From positions 832,001 through 896,000 of the forward strand of contig OZ245015.1 in assembly GCA_965223705.1 (NCBI GenBank): a stretch of 64,000 bases of DNA, in the 5' to 3' direction. Numbering within the stretch: position 1 is the first letter of the stretch; every line of letters starts with the position of its first letter. This stretch comes from Myxococcota bacterium. Lineage in GTDB: Bacteria; Myxococcota_A; UBA9160; UBA6930. Below the pieces are notes generated by a model. That model saw nothing but the letters and a program-made list of their open reading frames with translations, did not search any database and was not told the origin of the DNA. Both the position numbers and the translations under genes were made by a program. Shown here in pieces: positions 39,398 to 49,385 of this stretch.

Positions 39398-40851
39398 CCG
39401 CGGCGACCTTCGAGCCGGTGGACGGCGGCTCCTTCGACGAAGTCGACCGCGCGGTCGATCCAAAGGGCGTTCCGGAACAGGACGGGGTCAACTCCAAACC
39501 GCGCCGTGTCGTCGTTCAGCGAAACGAGTTGCGGGTAGAGAATCCGCCTCGGGCCATAGCTGATCTCCGTCGGTAGCGGCTCGCGAATTCTCGCCTGGAA
39601 GCGGAAAAGCTCGCGTAGGCACACCATCGGGGCGGCTTTCGCCGCGAGCGTTCCGAGCAGTTCGACGGCCGCGGCGAGCCTCCGCGTCTCCTCGTGATGA
39701 GCGGCGATCCACGGCTCGATTTCCGAGAGGAGATCGCGATCGCGCAGCCTCGCGCGGAGTTCTTCGGCGACACCGAGTCGTGCACCGACTCCTCGCGCGA
39801 GGGCGCCGAGCGCAGCGCGCTCGCCGCTCTCATCTGCGAACGCCTGCTTCGCCGCCTCCCATAAGGCCTCGAGTTCGCCGTCGGTGTCGTCGGTGCGCGT
39901 CGGCCCAAAACGGTGCGCTCTCGCGAAGAGCGCGAACGGTTCCTCGACGCCGCTCGAGGACCGCGCCAACGCCGCTTCCCAACTCACCTCCATGTCATAC
40001 GCCGAGGGTTCGTTGAGAAAGTCGGCGGCGGTGCGCACCGCGATCGCGGACGCGCGCGCCTGCACCATGCCGTTCAACATCACGCCGCTGCAGCTTGTGG
40101 CGAGCCCCGGGTCGCGCCCGCAGTAGGGAGTCAGATGGAGCGCCGCACGCATGGGGCCGTCGGCGACGGGAACGTTGTCCCACACGAGCAGCTTTCGCCG
40201 AAGGGTGGCGCTTCGCGCTTCTGCTTCACTTCGCTTGATATCCGGCGAGAGCACCGTGCGGCCGGTCCAAGCCACGTCGATACTCCCGTCGAGTTCAGTG
40301 CCCAGCGTCTCGAGATATGGGGTCGGCTCGCTTCCGACGTAGTCTGTGGGGATCAACCATAGGAGGGCTTCGTCGCCGATCCATTGCTTCACAGCGTGAG
40401 CGACGTCGACGTGCGCCGCTGCGAGACTCGGGTACCGATGCTGATCGCGCTCGTGGAGCAGCGAAGTCGGTACGTCGTCGAGTGCTAGGCAGAAGAGTCG
40501 GGCGCCCGTTTCCCGAAATTGTTCGAGTTTCTCGCGAAGCAGTCGGCGATCGTCGTGGCCGCTGTACACCATGCTCACGCCCGGGGAGATCGCGAAGCCG
40601 ACGGTCACCCCATGACGTTCGCCGGCGTCGACGAGCTCACGAAAGCGCGTCAGCGTTTCCTCGGGGTAGGGCGTCTTCCAGTGCTCTCGGTGGAGCGGGT
40701 CTTCTTTGGGGGCGTAGAGGTATCGGTTCATACCGATGCGGCCGAGCTCTTCGATCCACCAGAGCCGGTCTTCATGCCGGTATGGGGTGCCGTAGAAGCC
40801 TTCGATCAAGCCGCGATGGACGAAGGGGGAAGTCGTTTTAGAGTTCCTCAT
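39394..40851 (-). CDS. GH84 beta-N-acetylglucosaminidase (O-GlcNAcase/hyaluronidase-like), no signal peptide
   Basis: GLIEGFYG.P, YLYAPKED, AISPG, catalytic LDD, WTG, WDN.P..D. The start is set at ATG 40851. Confidence 0.88.
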   Translation of the reverse strand: MRNSKTTSPFVHRGLIEGFYGTPYRHEDRLWWIEELGRIGMNRYLYAPKEDPLHREHWKTPYPEETLTRFRELVDAGERHGVTVGFAISPGVSMVYSGHDDRRLLREKLEQFRETGARLFCLALDDVPTSLLHERDQHRYPSLAAAHVDVAHAVKQWIGDEALLWLIPTDYVGSEPTPYLETLGTELDGSIDVAWTGRTVLSPDIKRSEAEARSATLRRKLLVWDNVPVADGPMRAALHLTPYCGRDPGLATSCSGVMLNGMVQARASAIAVRTAADFLNEPSAYDMEVSWEAALARSSSGVEEPFALFARAHRFGPTRTDDTDGELEALWEAAKQAFADESGERAALGALARGVGARLGVAEELRARLRDRDLLSEIEPWIAAHHEETRRLAAAVELLGTLAAKAAPMVCLRELFRFQARIREPLPTEISYGPRRILYPQLVSLNDDTARFGVDPVLFRNALWIDRAVDFVEGAAVHRLEGRRG

Positions 40852-41083
40852 CCTCGTCGATCGGAACGATCGAGACGGGGTGGGGCGAGTATTCCGTTCC
40901 CTTGTCCCAACCCTCGATCCGGCTCGCTTCTGCGATCCACGACTTCGCGAGATCTTCATCGACCAGCACGCCGCTTCCGTCGAAGGCTTCGGCGATTCCG
41001 TCCCAGAGGTCCTGGCCGCCGTTGTCCCACCAATCGCGAGACGTGAATTCAAAGTCGACTTTCAAACGGACCATGGCAGACAT
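40838..41083 (-). CDS. Small acidic Trp-rich hypothetical protein
   Basis: 81-aa ORF between glnS and GH84, co-oriented, overlapping the GH84 start; ATG 41074 is an alternative start. Confidence 0.65.
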   Translation of the reverse strand: MSAMVRLKVDFEFTSRDWWDNGGQDLWDGIAEAFDGSGVLVDEDLAKSWIAEASRIEGWDKGTEYSPHPVSIVPIDEDEEL

Positions 41084-41088
41084 CGCCG

Positions 41089-42867
41089 CTATCTCGCTCC
41101 CGACTTCTGTTGGGCTTTGGCCCAGGTATCGCGCAACGTCACGGCGCGGTTGAACACCGGTTTTTTTTCCGTGCTTTCGAGATCGACGGAGAAGTAGCCG
41201 AGGCGCTCAAACTGAACCGAGGTTCCCGGAGCGTGCTCGATAAGGCTCGGCTCGAGCTTCGCACCGAGCACGACCTCGAGGCTCGCGGGGTTCAAGTCCG
41301 CCAGAAAGTCTCCATCGTGTTCGGCCATCGGGTCTTCCGAACGGAAGAGCACGTCGTACAGTCGAACCTCTGCGTCGATCGCCGCCGCTTCAGAAACCCA
41401 GTGCAAGGTGCCTCGGACCTTGCGTCCGTCCGGTGCATCGCCGCCCCGCGTCGCAGGGTCGTATGTACAGCGAAGTTCTTTGATCTCGCCGTCTGGATCC
41501 TTGATCACTTCACGGCACGTGATGAAGTAGGCGTAGCGCAACCGAACCTCTCGCCCCGGCGCGAGACGAAAGAACTTCTTGGGGGGGTCTTCGAGGAAAT
41601 CATCGCGCTCGATCCAAAGCGTTTTCGAAAACGGCACCGTCCGGCTGCCCTGGCTCGGGTCTTCGGGGTTGTTGATCGCCTCGAGTTCCTCGATCTGGCC
41701 ATCCGGGTAGTTCTCGATGACCACGCGAAGAGGCTTCAACACCGCCATCGCGCGCGCAGCGCGTCGGTTCAGATCCTCTCGAAGACTGAACTCCAAGCGA
41801 GCGAGCTGAATCGTATTGTCGCGTCGTGCGACGCCGACACCCTCGCAAAAACTTCGGATCGATTCGGGGGTGAACCCCCGTCGCCGCAATCCCGAGAGTG
41901 TCGGCATACGCGGGTCGTCCCAACCCGCGACGTGACCGCCTTCGACGAGCTGACGAAGTACGCGCTTGCTCATCACGGTGTGACTCAAATTGAGACGCGC
42001 GAACTCGGTCTGTTGCGGCGGCGTCGGAATCTCGAGCTGCGCGAGGATCCAGTCGTAGAGCGGCCGGTGATCGGCGAACTCGAGCGTGCAGAGCGAGTGG
42101 GTTACGCCTTCGAGAGCATCGGTCAGGCAGTGAGCAAAATCGTAGAGGGGGTAGATCGGCCAGTCGGTTCCAGTGCGGTGGTGCGGATCGCCGACGATGC
42201 GGTAGAGGATTGGATCACGCATGGGCAAGACCGACGAGCCCATGTCGATCCTGGCGCGTAGGACCCGGGTGCCGGGCTCGAACTCGCCGTCGCGCATGCG
42301 GCCGAACAAGTCGAGATTCTCCTCGATGCTCCGGGTGCGGAACGGACTCTCGGTTCCGGGTTCTGTCAGGGTTCCGCGGCGAGCAAAAATCTCGTCGGAC
42401 GAGAGGTCGCAGACGAAGGCTTTGCCGCGCTCGATCAGCTGCCGCGCGAAAGCGTAGAGCTCCTCAAAGCGATCGGACGAGAAGTAGAGGTGCTCGCCCC
42501 AATCGAAACCCAGCCAGCGGACGTCCTGCTGGATCGCCTCGACGTATTCGGTGTCTTCGGTGGAAGGGTTCGTATCATCGAATCGAAGATGGCAACGCCC
42601 GCCGAACTCCTCGGCGATTCCGAAGTTCAGACAGATCGATTTCGCGTGGCCAATATGGAGATGCCCGTTGGGCTCGGGTGGAAAGCGCGTGATGACAGGC
42701 GGCTCGCGCTTTCCCGACCGGAGGTCCTCCTCGACGAGTTTGCGGATGAAGTGGGCGCCGCCCGACGCTTCCTCACCCTCGGCTCGCGATCGCTCGTTCA
42801 ACGGTGCTCCTTCTCGCCGGGTTGCGGCGCGGCGCGAAAGTGTAGGGATCCTTGCGGGTTCGGCCAC
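41089..42867 (-). CDS. glnS: Glutamine--tRNA ligase
   Basis: [57 protein letters not shown] before GTG 42867. Confidence 0.96.
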   Translation of the reverse strand: MAEPARIPTLSRRAATRREGAPLNERSRAEGEEASGGAHFIRKLVEEDLRSGKREPPVITRFPPEPNGHLHIGHAKSICLNFGIAEEFGGRCHLRFDDTNPSTEDTEYVEAIQQDVRWLGFDWGEHLYFSSDRFEELYAFARQLIERGKAFVCDLSSDEIFARRGTLTEPGTESPFRTRSIEENLDLFGRMRDGEFEPGTRVLRARIDMGSSVLPMRDPILYRIVGDPHHRTGTDWPIYPLYDFAHCLTDALEGVTHSLCTLEFADHRPLYDWILAQLEIPTPPQQTEFARLNLSHTVMSKRVLRQLVEGGHVAGWDDPRMPTLSGLRRRGFTPESIRSFCEGVGVARRDNTIQLARLEFSLREDLNRRAARAMAVLKPLRVVIENYPDGQIEELEAINNPEDPSQGSRTVPFSKTLWIERDDFLEDPPKKFFRLAPGREVRLRYAYFITCREVIKDPDGEIKELRCTYDPATRGGDAPDGRKVRGTLHWVSEAAAIDAEVRLYDVLFRSEDPMAEHDGDFLADLNPASLEVVLGAKLEPSLIEHAPGTSVQFERLGYFSVDLESTEKKPVFNRAVTLRDTWAKAQQKSGAR

Positions 42868-42943
42868 TTTGGCCTCACCTCCTGCAGCTTCGCGCGAGGT
42901 CTTCTAGCATCCCGGTTCACTTCTTTTCGGTCCGGGGGACGCC

Positions 42944-44710
42944 TTGCTGAACAAGCTCTTCATCGGGTTCGTCTTAACGATTGCCTGGTTCGCGGCGAGC
43001 GGAATGCACGCCGCGACGACCGGCGAGGGCGGCGAACTCTCCGCCGAAGTATTGAACCCCGAGCTGCCGTCGTTGTGGCCCGCCGAGAAGCCCGTCGGGG
43101 GTGCGCAGGGGGTGACGGGGGCGATGCTTTCAGCACCGTTCGAGGAGCTCTCGCGCTGGCTCCACTACGGAGGGGACTACCGCAACCACCGCCACAGCCC
43201 CTCGAAGCTCGCGCCCGTGGACGCGAAGGCGCTAGGCGTCGCCTGGGCTTTCGGGACGGGCACGCGGGGGCAGTTCGAAGCATCGCCCATCGTCTACGGC
43301 GGCGTGATGTATGTAACCTCGTCCTACAACCGGGTTTTCGCGCTCGACGCCGAGACGGGCGAGATGCTCTGGCGCTACGACCACACGCTCCCCGACGATC
43401 TTCGGCTGTGTTGCGGCCCGCCCAATCGGGGCCCGGCGATTCACGGCGATACGCTTCTCATGTCGACACTCGACGCGAAGCTCGTCGCCCTGAACCGCCG
43501 CACCGGCGAGCGCTTGTGGGAGGTGACACTCGCGAATTATCAAGACGGAATGAGCCTGACAGCGGCTCCGCTGGTCGTCGGGGAGCTCGCCGTGATCGGA
43601 ATCGCCGGCGGTGAATTCGGCGCTCGAGGTTTTTTCGACGCGTATCGGATCTCCGACGGCGAGCGCGTGTGGAGGCACTACACGGTTCCGGGGAAGCCCG
43701 ATGACCCCGGTGCATCGACGTGGGCCGGCAATTCGTACGAAACCGGCGGAGCACCGGCGTGGACCACCGGCGCCTACGATGCGGAAGCGGACGTCCTCTA
43801 CTGGACCACGGGGAATCCGTCCCCGGATTGGAATGGCGATCTTCGGGCGGGTGACAATCTCTACTCGAACTCGGTCCTCGCGGTCGAGCCAGCCACCGGC
43901 GAACTCAAGTGGCATTTCCAGTTCACACCACACGACGTGTGGGACTACGACGGAAACACGCAGATTTTTCTGGTGGACACGGAATGGGAGGGCGCGCCGA
44001 GAAAGCTACTCGTGCAGGCCAACCGCAACGGTTTCTTCTACGTACTCGATCGGGAGAACGGCGCGTTTCTTCGTGCCACGCAGTACGTCGAGCAGCTGAA
44101 CTGGGCGACCATCGGTCCCGACGGTAGACCGGTCGTAAACCCGAAAGCGCTACCCGTTGAGAAGCCCACGGAACGCGTCTGCCCGAGCAACCTGGGCGGT
44201 ATGAACGGAGCCTGGACGGGAGCCTTCAACCCGGCGCTGGGGCTCGCCTATATCCCGTCGATCGAGGCCTGCCAGCGCTACTCCAAGGGCATCATCACGT
44301 TTATCAAAGGCGCGCCTTTCATGGCGGGGTTGCCCGAGACGCTCGACGCGAACGAGGGCAAAGCGTACGGACACTTGTCTGCCGTCGATGTCGCGACCGG
44401 GGAGATCCGCTGGCGCTACCGAGACCCGCTGCCCATGATGGGCGGCGTGGTCAGCACGGCCGGAGGGGTCATCTTCACCGGGACGCTCGACGGACAAGCT
44501 CTGGCGCTCGACGCTGCGAGCGGCGAGGAGCTGTGGCGCTTCCGGATGGGCGGGGGCATGCGCAGCCAGCCCATCGTCTACGAGCTGGGTGGCCGAACTT
44601 TCGTCGCCGTGGCATCCGGGAGCTTCACGGCGCTCGACGTCTTCGGCGCGGGACTCGATCGCGTTCCCGAAGGCGGACACCTCTTCGTGTTCGCGACGCC
44701 CGAGCGCTAG
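42944..44710 (+). CDS. Periplasmic PQQ-dependent dehydrogenase, methanol/ethanol family, lanthanide-type motif
   Basis: Signal peptide, vicinal CC (LCCG..NRG), GGEFG, TGNP.P, GDNLY, TPHDVWDYDG, Trp-docking repeats. Confidence 0.9.
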   Translation: MLNKLFIGFVLTIAWFAASGMHAATTGEGGELSAEVLNPELPSLWPAEKPVGGAQGVTGAMLSAPFEELSRWLHYGGDYRNHRHSPSKLAPVDAKALGVAWAFGTGTRGQFEASPIVYGGVMYVTSSYNRVFALDAETGEMLWRYDHTLPDDLRLCCGPPNRGPAIHGDTLLMSTLDAKLVALNRRTGERLWEVTLANYQDGMSLTAAPLVVGELAVIGIAGGEFGARGFFDAYRISDGERVWRHYTVPGKPDDPGASTWAGNSYETGGAPAWTTGAYDAEADVLYWTTGNPSPDWNGDLRAGDNLYSNSVLAVEPATGELKWHFQFTPHDVWDYDGNTQIFLVDTEWEGAPRKLLVQANRNGFFYVLDRENGAFLRATQYVEQLNWATIGPDGRPVVNPKALPVEKPTERVCPSNLGGMNGAWTGAFNPALGLAYIPSIEACQRYSKGIITFIKGAPFMAGLPETLDANEGKAYGHLSAVDVATGEIRWRYRDPLPMMGGVVSTAGGVIFTGTLDGQALALDAASGEELWRFRMGGGMRSQPIVYELGGRTFVAVASGSFTALDVFGAGLDRVPEGGHLFVFATPER

Positions 44711-44711
44711 C

Positions 44712-45092
44712 GTGCTGATTCGTTTCGCGACACTTGCCGCTCTTGCGGCGCTGCTCGGTTGCGCTTCGGACGGAGGCGGCACCACGCCGGAAGAAGCCGC
44801 CCCGAAAGAGCTCTGGCAGACCTACGACGCGGCTCGGGGAGAGATCCTCTTCCGGAGCATTTGCGGGGGCTACTGTCACGGCATCGCCGAGGGAAAGCGC
44901 GACGCTCCGTTTCTTTTCGATTGCCCGTGGCAGCACGGCGGATCAGACCAGGAGATCTTTGCGGTCATCTCGAATGGCGTGCCTGGCACCCGCATGGTCG
45001 CTTTCGGAGGCAAGCTCCCGGAGGGCGACACCGACATCTGGAACATCGTCGCTTATCTGCGGAAAGCATCGCAGTGCAAGGCCGCGCCGTGA
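44712..45092 (+). CDS. Small class I c-type cytochrome lipoprotein with a CX3CH motif
   Basis: GTG 1 nt after the dehydrogenase stop; LLGC lipobox, CGGYCHG, NG.PGTRM.AF, IW.IVAYL. Confidence 0.85.
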   Translation: MLIRFATLAALAALLGCASDGGGTTPEEAAPKELWQTYDAARGEILFRSICGGYCHGIAEGKRDAPFLFDCPWQHGGSDQEIFAVISNGVPGTRMVAFGGKLPEGDTDIWNIVAYLRKASQCKAAP

Positions 45093-45892
45093 GCCCCCGA
45101 GGACGTTTCGACGGCCGCGTCGCCGTCATCACCGCGGCCGGCGCGGGCATCGGCGCGGCGACGGCGCAGCTCCTCGCGAACGAAGGCGCCCGGGTCGTCG
45201 TTTCCGATCTCTCGAACACGCGGGCCGAAGAAGTTGCCGGTCGGCTCAGCGAAGCCGGTTGTGAGGCGCGGGTCGCGAAAGTCGATGTGAGTGCACCCGA
45301 TCAGGTGAAGGACTTGCTCGAGGATACGCTCCGAGCGTGGGATCGACTCGACGTCCTGATCAACAACGCCGGCTTGGGAATTCCGAAAGCCCTGCACGAG
45401 CAAAGCCTCGAAGAATGGCAGCGAACACTCGATGTGACGCTCGGCGGAACCTTCTACGGGCTCAAATGGGGCATCCCGATCATGCGGGCCCAAGGAGGCG
45501 GCGCGATCGTCAATACCGCGTCCATTTGTGGGCTTGTCGGCGACTACAACATGGGCCCGTACAACGCCGCGAAAGCCGGCGTCGTCAACCTGACGCGAGC
45601 TGCGGCGCTCGAAAACGCGAGTCACGGCATCCGTGTCAACTGCGTCTGCCCGGGAGTGGTGCAGACCCGTGTCGCGACACTCATGGCTCCGGGCCGAGAA
45701 GACGAATTCCTCCGCGCCCAGGGACCGCTGCATCCGCTACAGCGCGTCGCGCAGCCCGAAGAAGTCGCTCGGGTGATTCTGTTCCTCGCGAGTGACGAAG
45801 CGTCGTTCGTGACGGGTGCCGCCTACACCGTCGACGGTGGGATCACCGCTCACACCGGCTTGTCCGATCTCGCCTTGGCGGGCACAACCTGA
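45089..45892 (+). CDS. Short-chain dehydrogenase/reductase
   Basis: TAAGAGIG, NNAG, YNAAK, CPG, VDGG. GTGA overlap with the cytochrome stop. Confidence 0.93.
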   Translation: MSPRGRFDGRVAVITAAGAGIGAATAQLLANEGARVVVSDLSNTRAEEVAGRLSEAGCEARVAKVDVSAPDQVKDLLEDTLRAWDRLDVLINNAGLGIPKALHEQSLEEWQRTLDVTLGGTFYGLKWGIPIMRAQGGGAIVNTASICGLVGDYNMGPYNAAKAGVVNLTRAAALENASHGIRVNCVCPGVVQTRVATLMAPGREDEFLRAQGPLHPLQRVAQPEEVARVILFLASDEASFVTGAAYTVDGGITAHTGLSDLALAGTT

Positions 45893-45894
45893 GC

Positions 45895-46713
45895 CTAGTC
45901 GGTGAGCTGTGCGCGCAGCGCATCATCGACGTCCGTGAGCTCGAGCCGGTAGTGGCGCCGAAGGCTCCGCGGAACCTGTCGGCTCCGGAGACAATCCGCG
46001 AGAAACGCGGCGAAGCGACGTTCTCCGAACCGGCGCATCAAGTGGTCCACCGCCGCGTAGGACGTCAAGTAAGCGGCTCCGGCACCACCTGCACCCAGGC
46101 TGGAGAAGGACTGCGCGCCGAGCTGGTGGAGACTCGGGAGCCGCCCCGCTCTTGCGACTCGGGCGAGATAGCTCCACTCGGCGCCCGACAAACCGCGCTT
46201 GCCGAGGGACCGATGAGCGAACCATTCGGCCAGACCCTCGTTCAACCAGCCTGGGACCGAGAAGGAAGCAGGCGCGGCTTGGTCCAATGCAGCGTGGACG
46301 AACTCATGATGGAGCACGTGGAGCAGGGCAGCGTCGATGCGCGTACCGCCCCGGACGCAAATCACCCCCCGAAAAAAACCAGCCGCCTGAAAGCGGAAGA
46401 GGCTCGAGAACTCGGCGTCGAAACGTTGTGGATCGTATACGTACACCGAGATCGGGCGTTGGGGTCGGACGCCAAACCGTGCGCCGAAGGCATCGTAGGC
46501 CGACTCCAGACCGTCGAGCACGCCGAGCTCGAATCGTCGGGTGCCGCGGTGGCCGGAATAGTTGTCGATCGCGACGTCTTGACGCAAGACGAAGTGACGC
46601 GATCTCCGCTCGGAAAACTCCCCGTCGGCGCCTCGGTTGCGAGCTTCCGCGGGGAGCGCCAGAGTGAGAAGCGCGAGCAGGACGGCTAGTCGGGTAGGCG
46701 CACCCCGTCTGAT
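45895..46713 (-). CDS. Exported clan MA-like zinc metallopeptidase (start uncertain, possibly ATC 46713)
   Basis: HEFVH and WLNEGLAE gluzincin motifs; signal peptide RRGAPTRLAVLLALLTLALPAEA. Confidence 0.8.
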   Translation of the reverse strand: MRRGAPTRLAVLLALLTLALPAEARNRGADGEFSERRSRHFVLRQDVAIDNYSGHRGTRRFELGVLDGLESAYDAFGARFGVRPQRPISVYVYDPQRFDAEFSSLFRFQAAGFFRGVICVRGGTRIDAALLHVLHHEFVHAALDQAAPASFSVPGWLNEGLAEWFAHRSLGKRGLSGAEWSYLARVARAGRLPSLHQLGAQSFSSLGAGGAGAAYLTSYAAVDHLMRRFGERRFAAFLADCLRSRQVPRSLRRHYRLELTDVDDALRAQLTD

Positions 46714-49379
46714 GGGTCGCCTCCTCCGGCTCCCGGGGTCGCGGCCGAGGAGACGCCGGACAGGGCTCCTGTCACGAAGTTCAGCCCGCTGATGTCGCTG
46801 CTCCCGACGACGATGTCGGAAGCGAGTCCCTGAGTCGGATAAGCGCCACACGCTTCGCCAGGGTCGCAAATGAAACTGTCGTTGTCCGCATCGGTTCCGG
46901 CCACGATCTGGTAGGAGCCTGGAGCGACACCCGTGAACGTAAAGGGGTAGGCGCCCGCGTTCGCCGACATGGACTGGACCGCCACGACTCGACGGGTCGC
47001 GACTTCGATCAGGAGGACGTAGTGGAAGCCGGCATCTCCCGCGGAGGAGAGCGTACTCCCAACCTGCATGATGACGGGGATCTCGACCGTGTTTGCGGCG
47101 ACGCTTGCAATCGTGATGGTACCGGTGTAGATGCCGTCGCCAGCAGCGAGGTTCCGGTCGACGGTCACGGTGTAGGTCCCCAGTCCAGTGGCGTCGACGC
47201 TTTGTGGGGTCACGGCCAGCCAGTTGCCGCCGTCGTCGGTCATCGTTGCCGTTGAAGCGATCTGGAGACTGCCGCCGCCACCGTTGCTCACGGCGAGGTT
47301 CGTGGTGGTCGTGGCCACGCCGAAGTTGAGGGCCCCGGGACTTGCGACCAAGCTCGGTTGGGCCACCGGAGGCGGCGCGCCCGGATCGAGGTTGGCCGCC
47401 GCTACGACCGCTTGGTAGGCGTCGATCACACCGTGGCCGAAGAAGTCGTCGCGTCCGGGGACACCGAAGTCGCGCGTGATGCCTCCCGACGTCAACAAGG
47501 TGTCGAAGTCATCCGGAGAGACCATTGGATTGACGGAGCGCATCAGCGCAGCGACGCCCGCGACGTGAGGTGCCGCCATCGAGGTGCCCTGAAGAAACCC
47601 ATACCCCGCGACGATCGGCCCCCCGGCGTCGCTCGCCAGGGACGACAGCACGCCGTCCGGTGCGCCGTCCCCATTCAGGTCCGTAGCGAAGTCGCCGCCG
47701 GGGGCCGAAACGTCGATGGTCCCACCGTAGTTCGAGTAGGGCGCCACGGAGTTCGCCAAGGTCACGGCGCTGACGCTCACGACGCCCGCCATCGCGGCGG
47801 GGTAGAAGGGAGTGTTCGTCGAAGAGTTCCCGGCTGCAGCGATGACAATCACGCCCGCGGCACGCGCCGCCGTGACGGCGTCTTGCAGGCCTTGGGAGAA
47901 GCCCGGCCCGCCGAGACTCATGTTGATGACGTCCGCGGGCGTCGGCGGGACCGTCCCCGAATCGTTCGGGAGGCCGGCTGCGTACCGGATCCCTTGGATC
48001 AAGTCGTAGTCGGTCCCGCCACCGAAGCCCAGAACCCGGATCGGCATCACGGAAGCGTTCCAAGCGACACCCGCTACACCTTCGTTGTTGCCGGTCTGCG
48101 CGGCGATGGTTCCGGCGACGTGTGTGCCGTGGAAGGAGCTGCCGCCGGGCCCGAGGTCACCGGGATCTTCGGGGTCGGGGTCGATACCGTTTCCGTCGAG
48201 GGCGGTGGCCGCGCTCGAGATGAAGTCATAACCCGGAGCGATCATGTTCATGAGGTCCGGATGGTTCGACACGATTCCCGTGTCGAGGACCGCGACGATG
48301 ACGCCGCTCGCGGGCGGAATCTCGTCCCAGGCCTGGGGGACCGCGATTTGCGGGTAGTGCCACTGGCGATCGAAGAGGGGATCGTTCGGGGTGAGACTCG
48401 GTGCTCGGATGTAGTTCAAGTCCGTTGCCATCACGTCGGGCCGCCGGGCGAGAATCTTCGCCAACCGCTCCGTATCCCAAGCGGCCTGTACCTCGGTCTC
48501 CACTTCGCGGGAATCGAGGTCACAGGGAATGAGGTGGCCCATTCCGAGCGCTCTGAAGCTCTGGGTGCGCGCACGCACGTCGCCGGCTCGCACCAACATC
48601 TCGCGTCGCGGTTCGCCCGCGGCGACATCGAGGGACGCCGCCTGCATATCGTCCTGGACGTCGTCACTGCGGAGCGCGATGCCGGGTTCACGGCGCATCC
48701 GTACGATGACTTCGCCCGGTACGTAGAGGGGCGAAGGAGCGGCCACGCTGCTCGAAGTTGCTTGCGACAACACCAGGGTGTAGTTCGAAGCGCCGGCGAG
48801 CGCGGTAACGGCGATCAGATATTCGTCGGCGGCGGGGACGACCAAGGATTCGAACGGCGTCGCCGACGCCGAAAACGCGACGATCGTCGTTCCCGTCGCG
48901 TCGTAAAGAGCGAGATCGAGATCGTCCGTCACGCCGTCCCCGGCGATGAACAACGACACCATCTGATTCGCACCGAGCGAAACCCGGTAGAGATCCTGTG
49001 GATCTCCCGCACCGAAGGAACGGCCCGGAGGCCCCATATTGGGCAAGTTCACGTAACCCGTGAGAGAAGCCGGGTTCGTGATCTCTTGCGCTGTCGCCGC
49101 CGTGTTGTTGTCGTCCGAGGGCGCCGTGAAGTTATTCGTATCGCGGTCGGCAGCCGAACTCTGAGAAGCGACGACCGTCCCGGAAACCGAGAAGGACGCT
49201 GAGGCGGAGGTGGCGCTCGCCGCTTCGCCACCTCCGCCCGAGCCTCCTCCGCCACCGCCCCCACAGGCGACTAGGAGGAGAACCGCAAGCAAGCATCCGA
49301 GGATCCGGGTGCCGGCCGCCACGCGAGCCGGAGAAGTCCGGTTCGTACCGACCGCACCCTTCGAAATCACCACGCGCAC
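46686..49379 (-). CDS. S8 subtilisin-like serine protease lipoprotein with PPC-like and C-terminal Ig/BACON-like domains
   Basis: LVAC lipobox with Gly tether; catalytic VLDTG, HGTHVAG, AAAGN, GTSMA. Confidence 0.92.
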   Translation of the reverse strand: MRVVISKGAVGTNRTSPARVAAGTRILGCLLAVLLLVACGGGGGGGSGGGGEAASATSASASFSVSGTVVASQSSAADRDTNNFTAPSDDNNTAATAQEITNPASLTGYVNLPNMGPPGRSFGAGDPQDLYRVSLGANQMVSLFIAGDGVTDDLDLALYDATGTTIVAFSASATPFESLVVPAADEYLIAVTALAGASNYTLVLSQATSSSVAAPSPLYVPGEVIVRMRREPGIALRSDDVQDDMQAASLDVAAGEPRREMLVRAGDVRARTQSFRALGMGHLIPCDLDSREVETEVQAAWDTERLAKILARRPDVMATDLNYIRAPSLTPNDPLFDRQWHYPQIAVPQAWDEIPPASGVIVAVLDTGIVSNHPDLMNMIAPGYDFISSAATALDGNGIDPDPEDPGDLGPGGSSFHGTHVAGTIAAQTGNNEGVAGVAWNASVMPIRVLGFGGGTDYDLIQGIRYAAGLPNDSGTVPPTPADVINMSLGGPGFSQGLQDAVTAARAAGVIVIAAAGNSSTNTPFYPAAMAGVVSVSAVTLANSVAPYSNYGGTIDVSAPGGDFATDLNGDGAPDGVLSSLASDAGGPIVAGYGFLQGTSMAAPHVAGVAALMRSVNPMVSPDDFDTLLTSGGITRDFGVPGRDDFFGHGVIDAYQAVVAAANLDPGAPPPVAQPSLVASPGALNFGVATTTTNLAVSNGGGGSLQIASTATMTDDGGNWLAVTPQSVDATGLGTYTVTVDRNLAAGDGIYTGTITIASVAANTVEIPVIMQVGSTLSSAGDAGFHYVLLIEVATRRVVAVQSMSANAGAYPFTFTGVAPGSYQIVAGTDADNDSFICDPGEACGAYPTQGLASDIVVGSSDISGLNFVTGALSGVSSAATPGAGGGDPSDGVRLPD

Positions 49380-49385
49380 GGGTTC

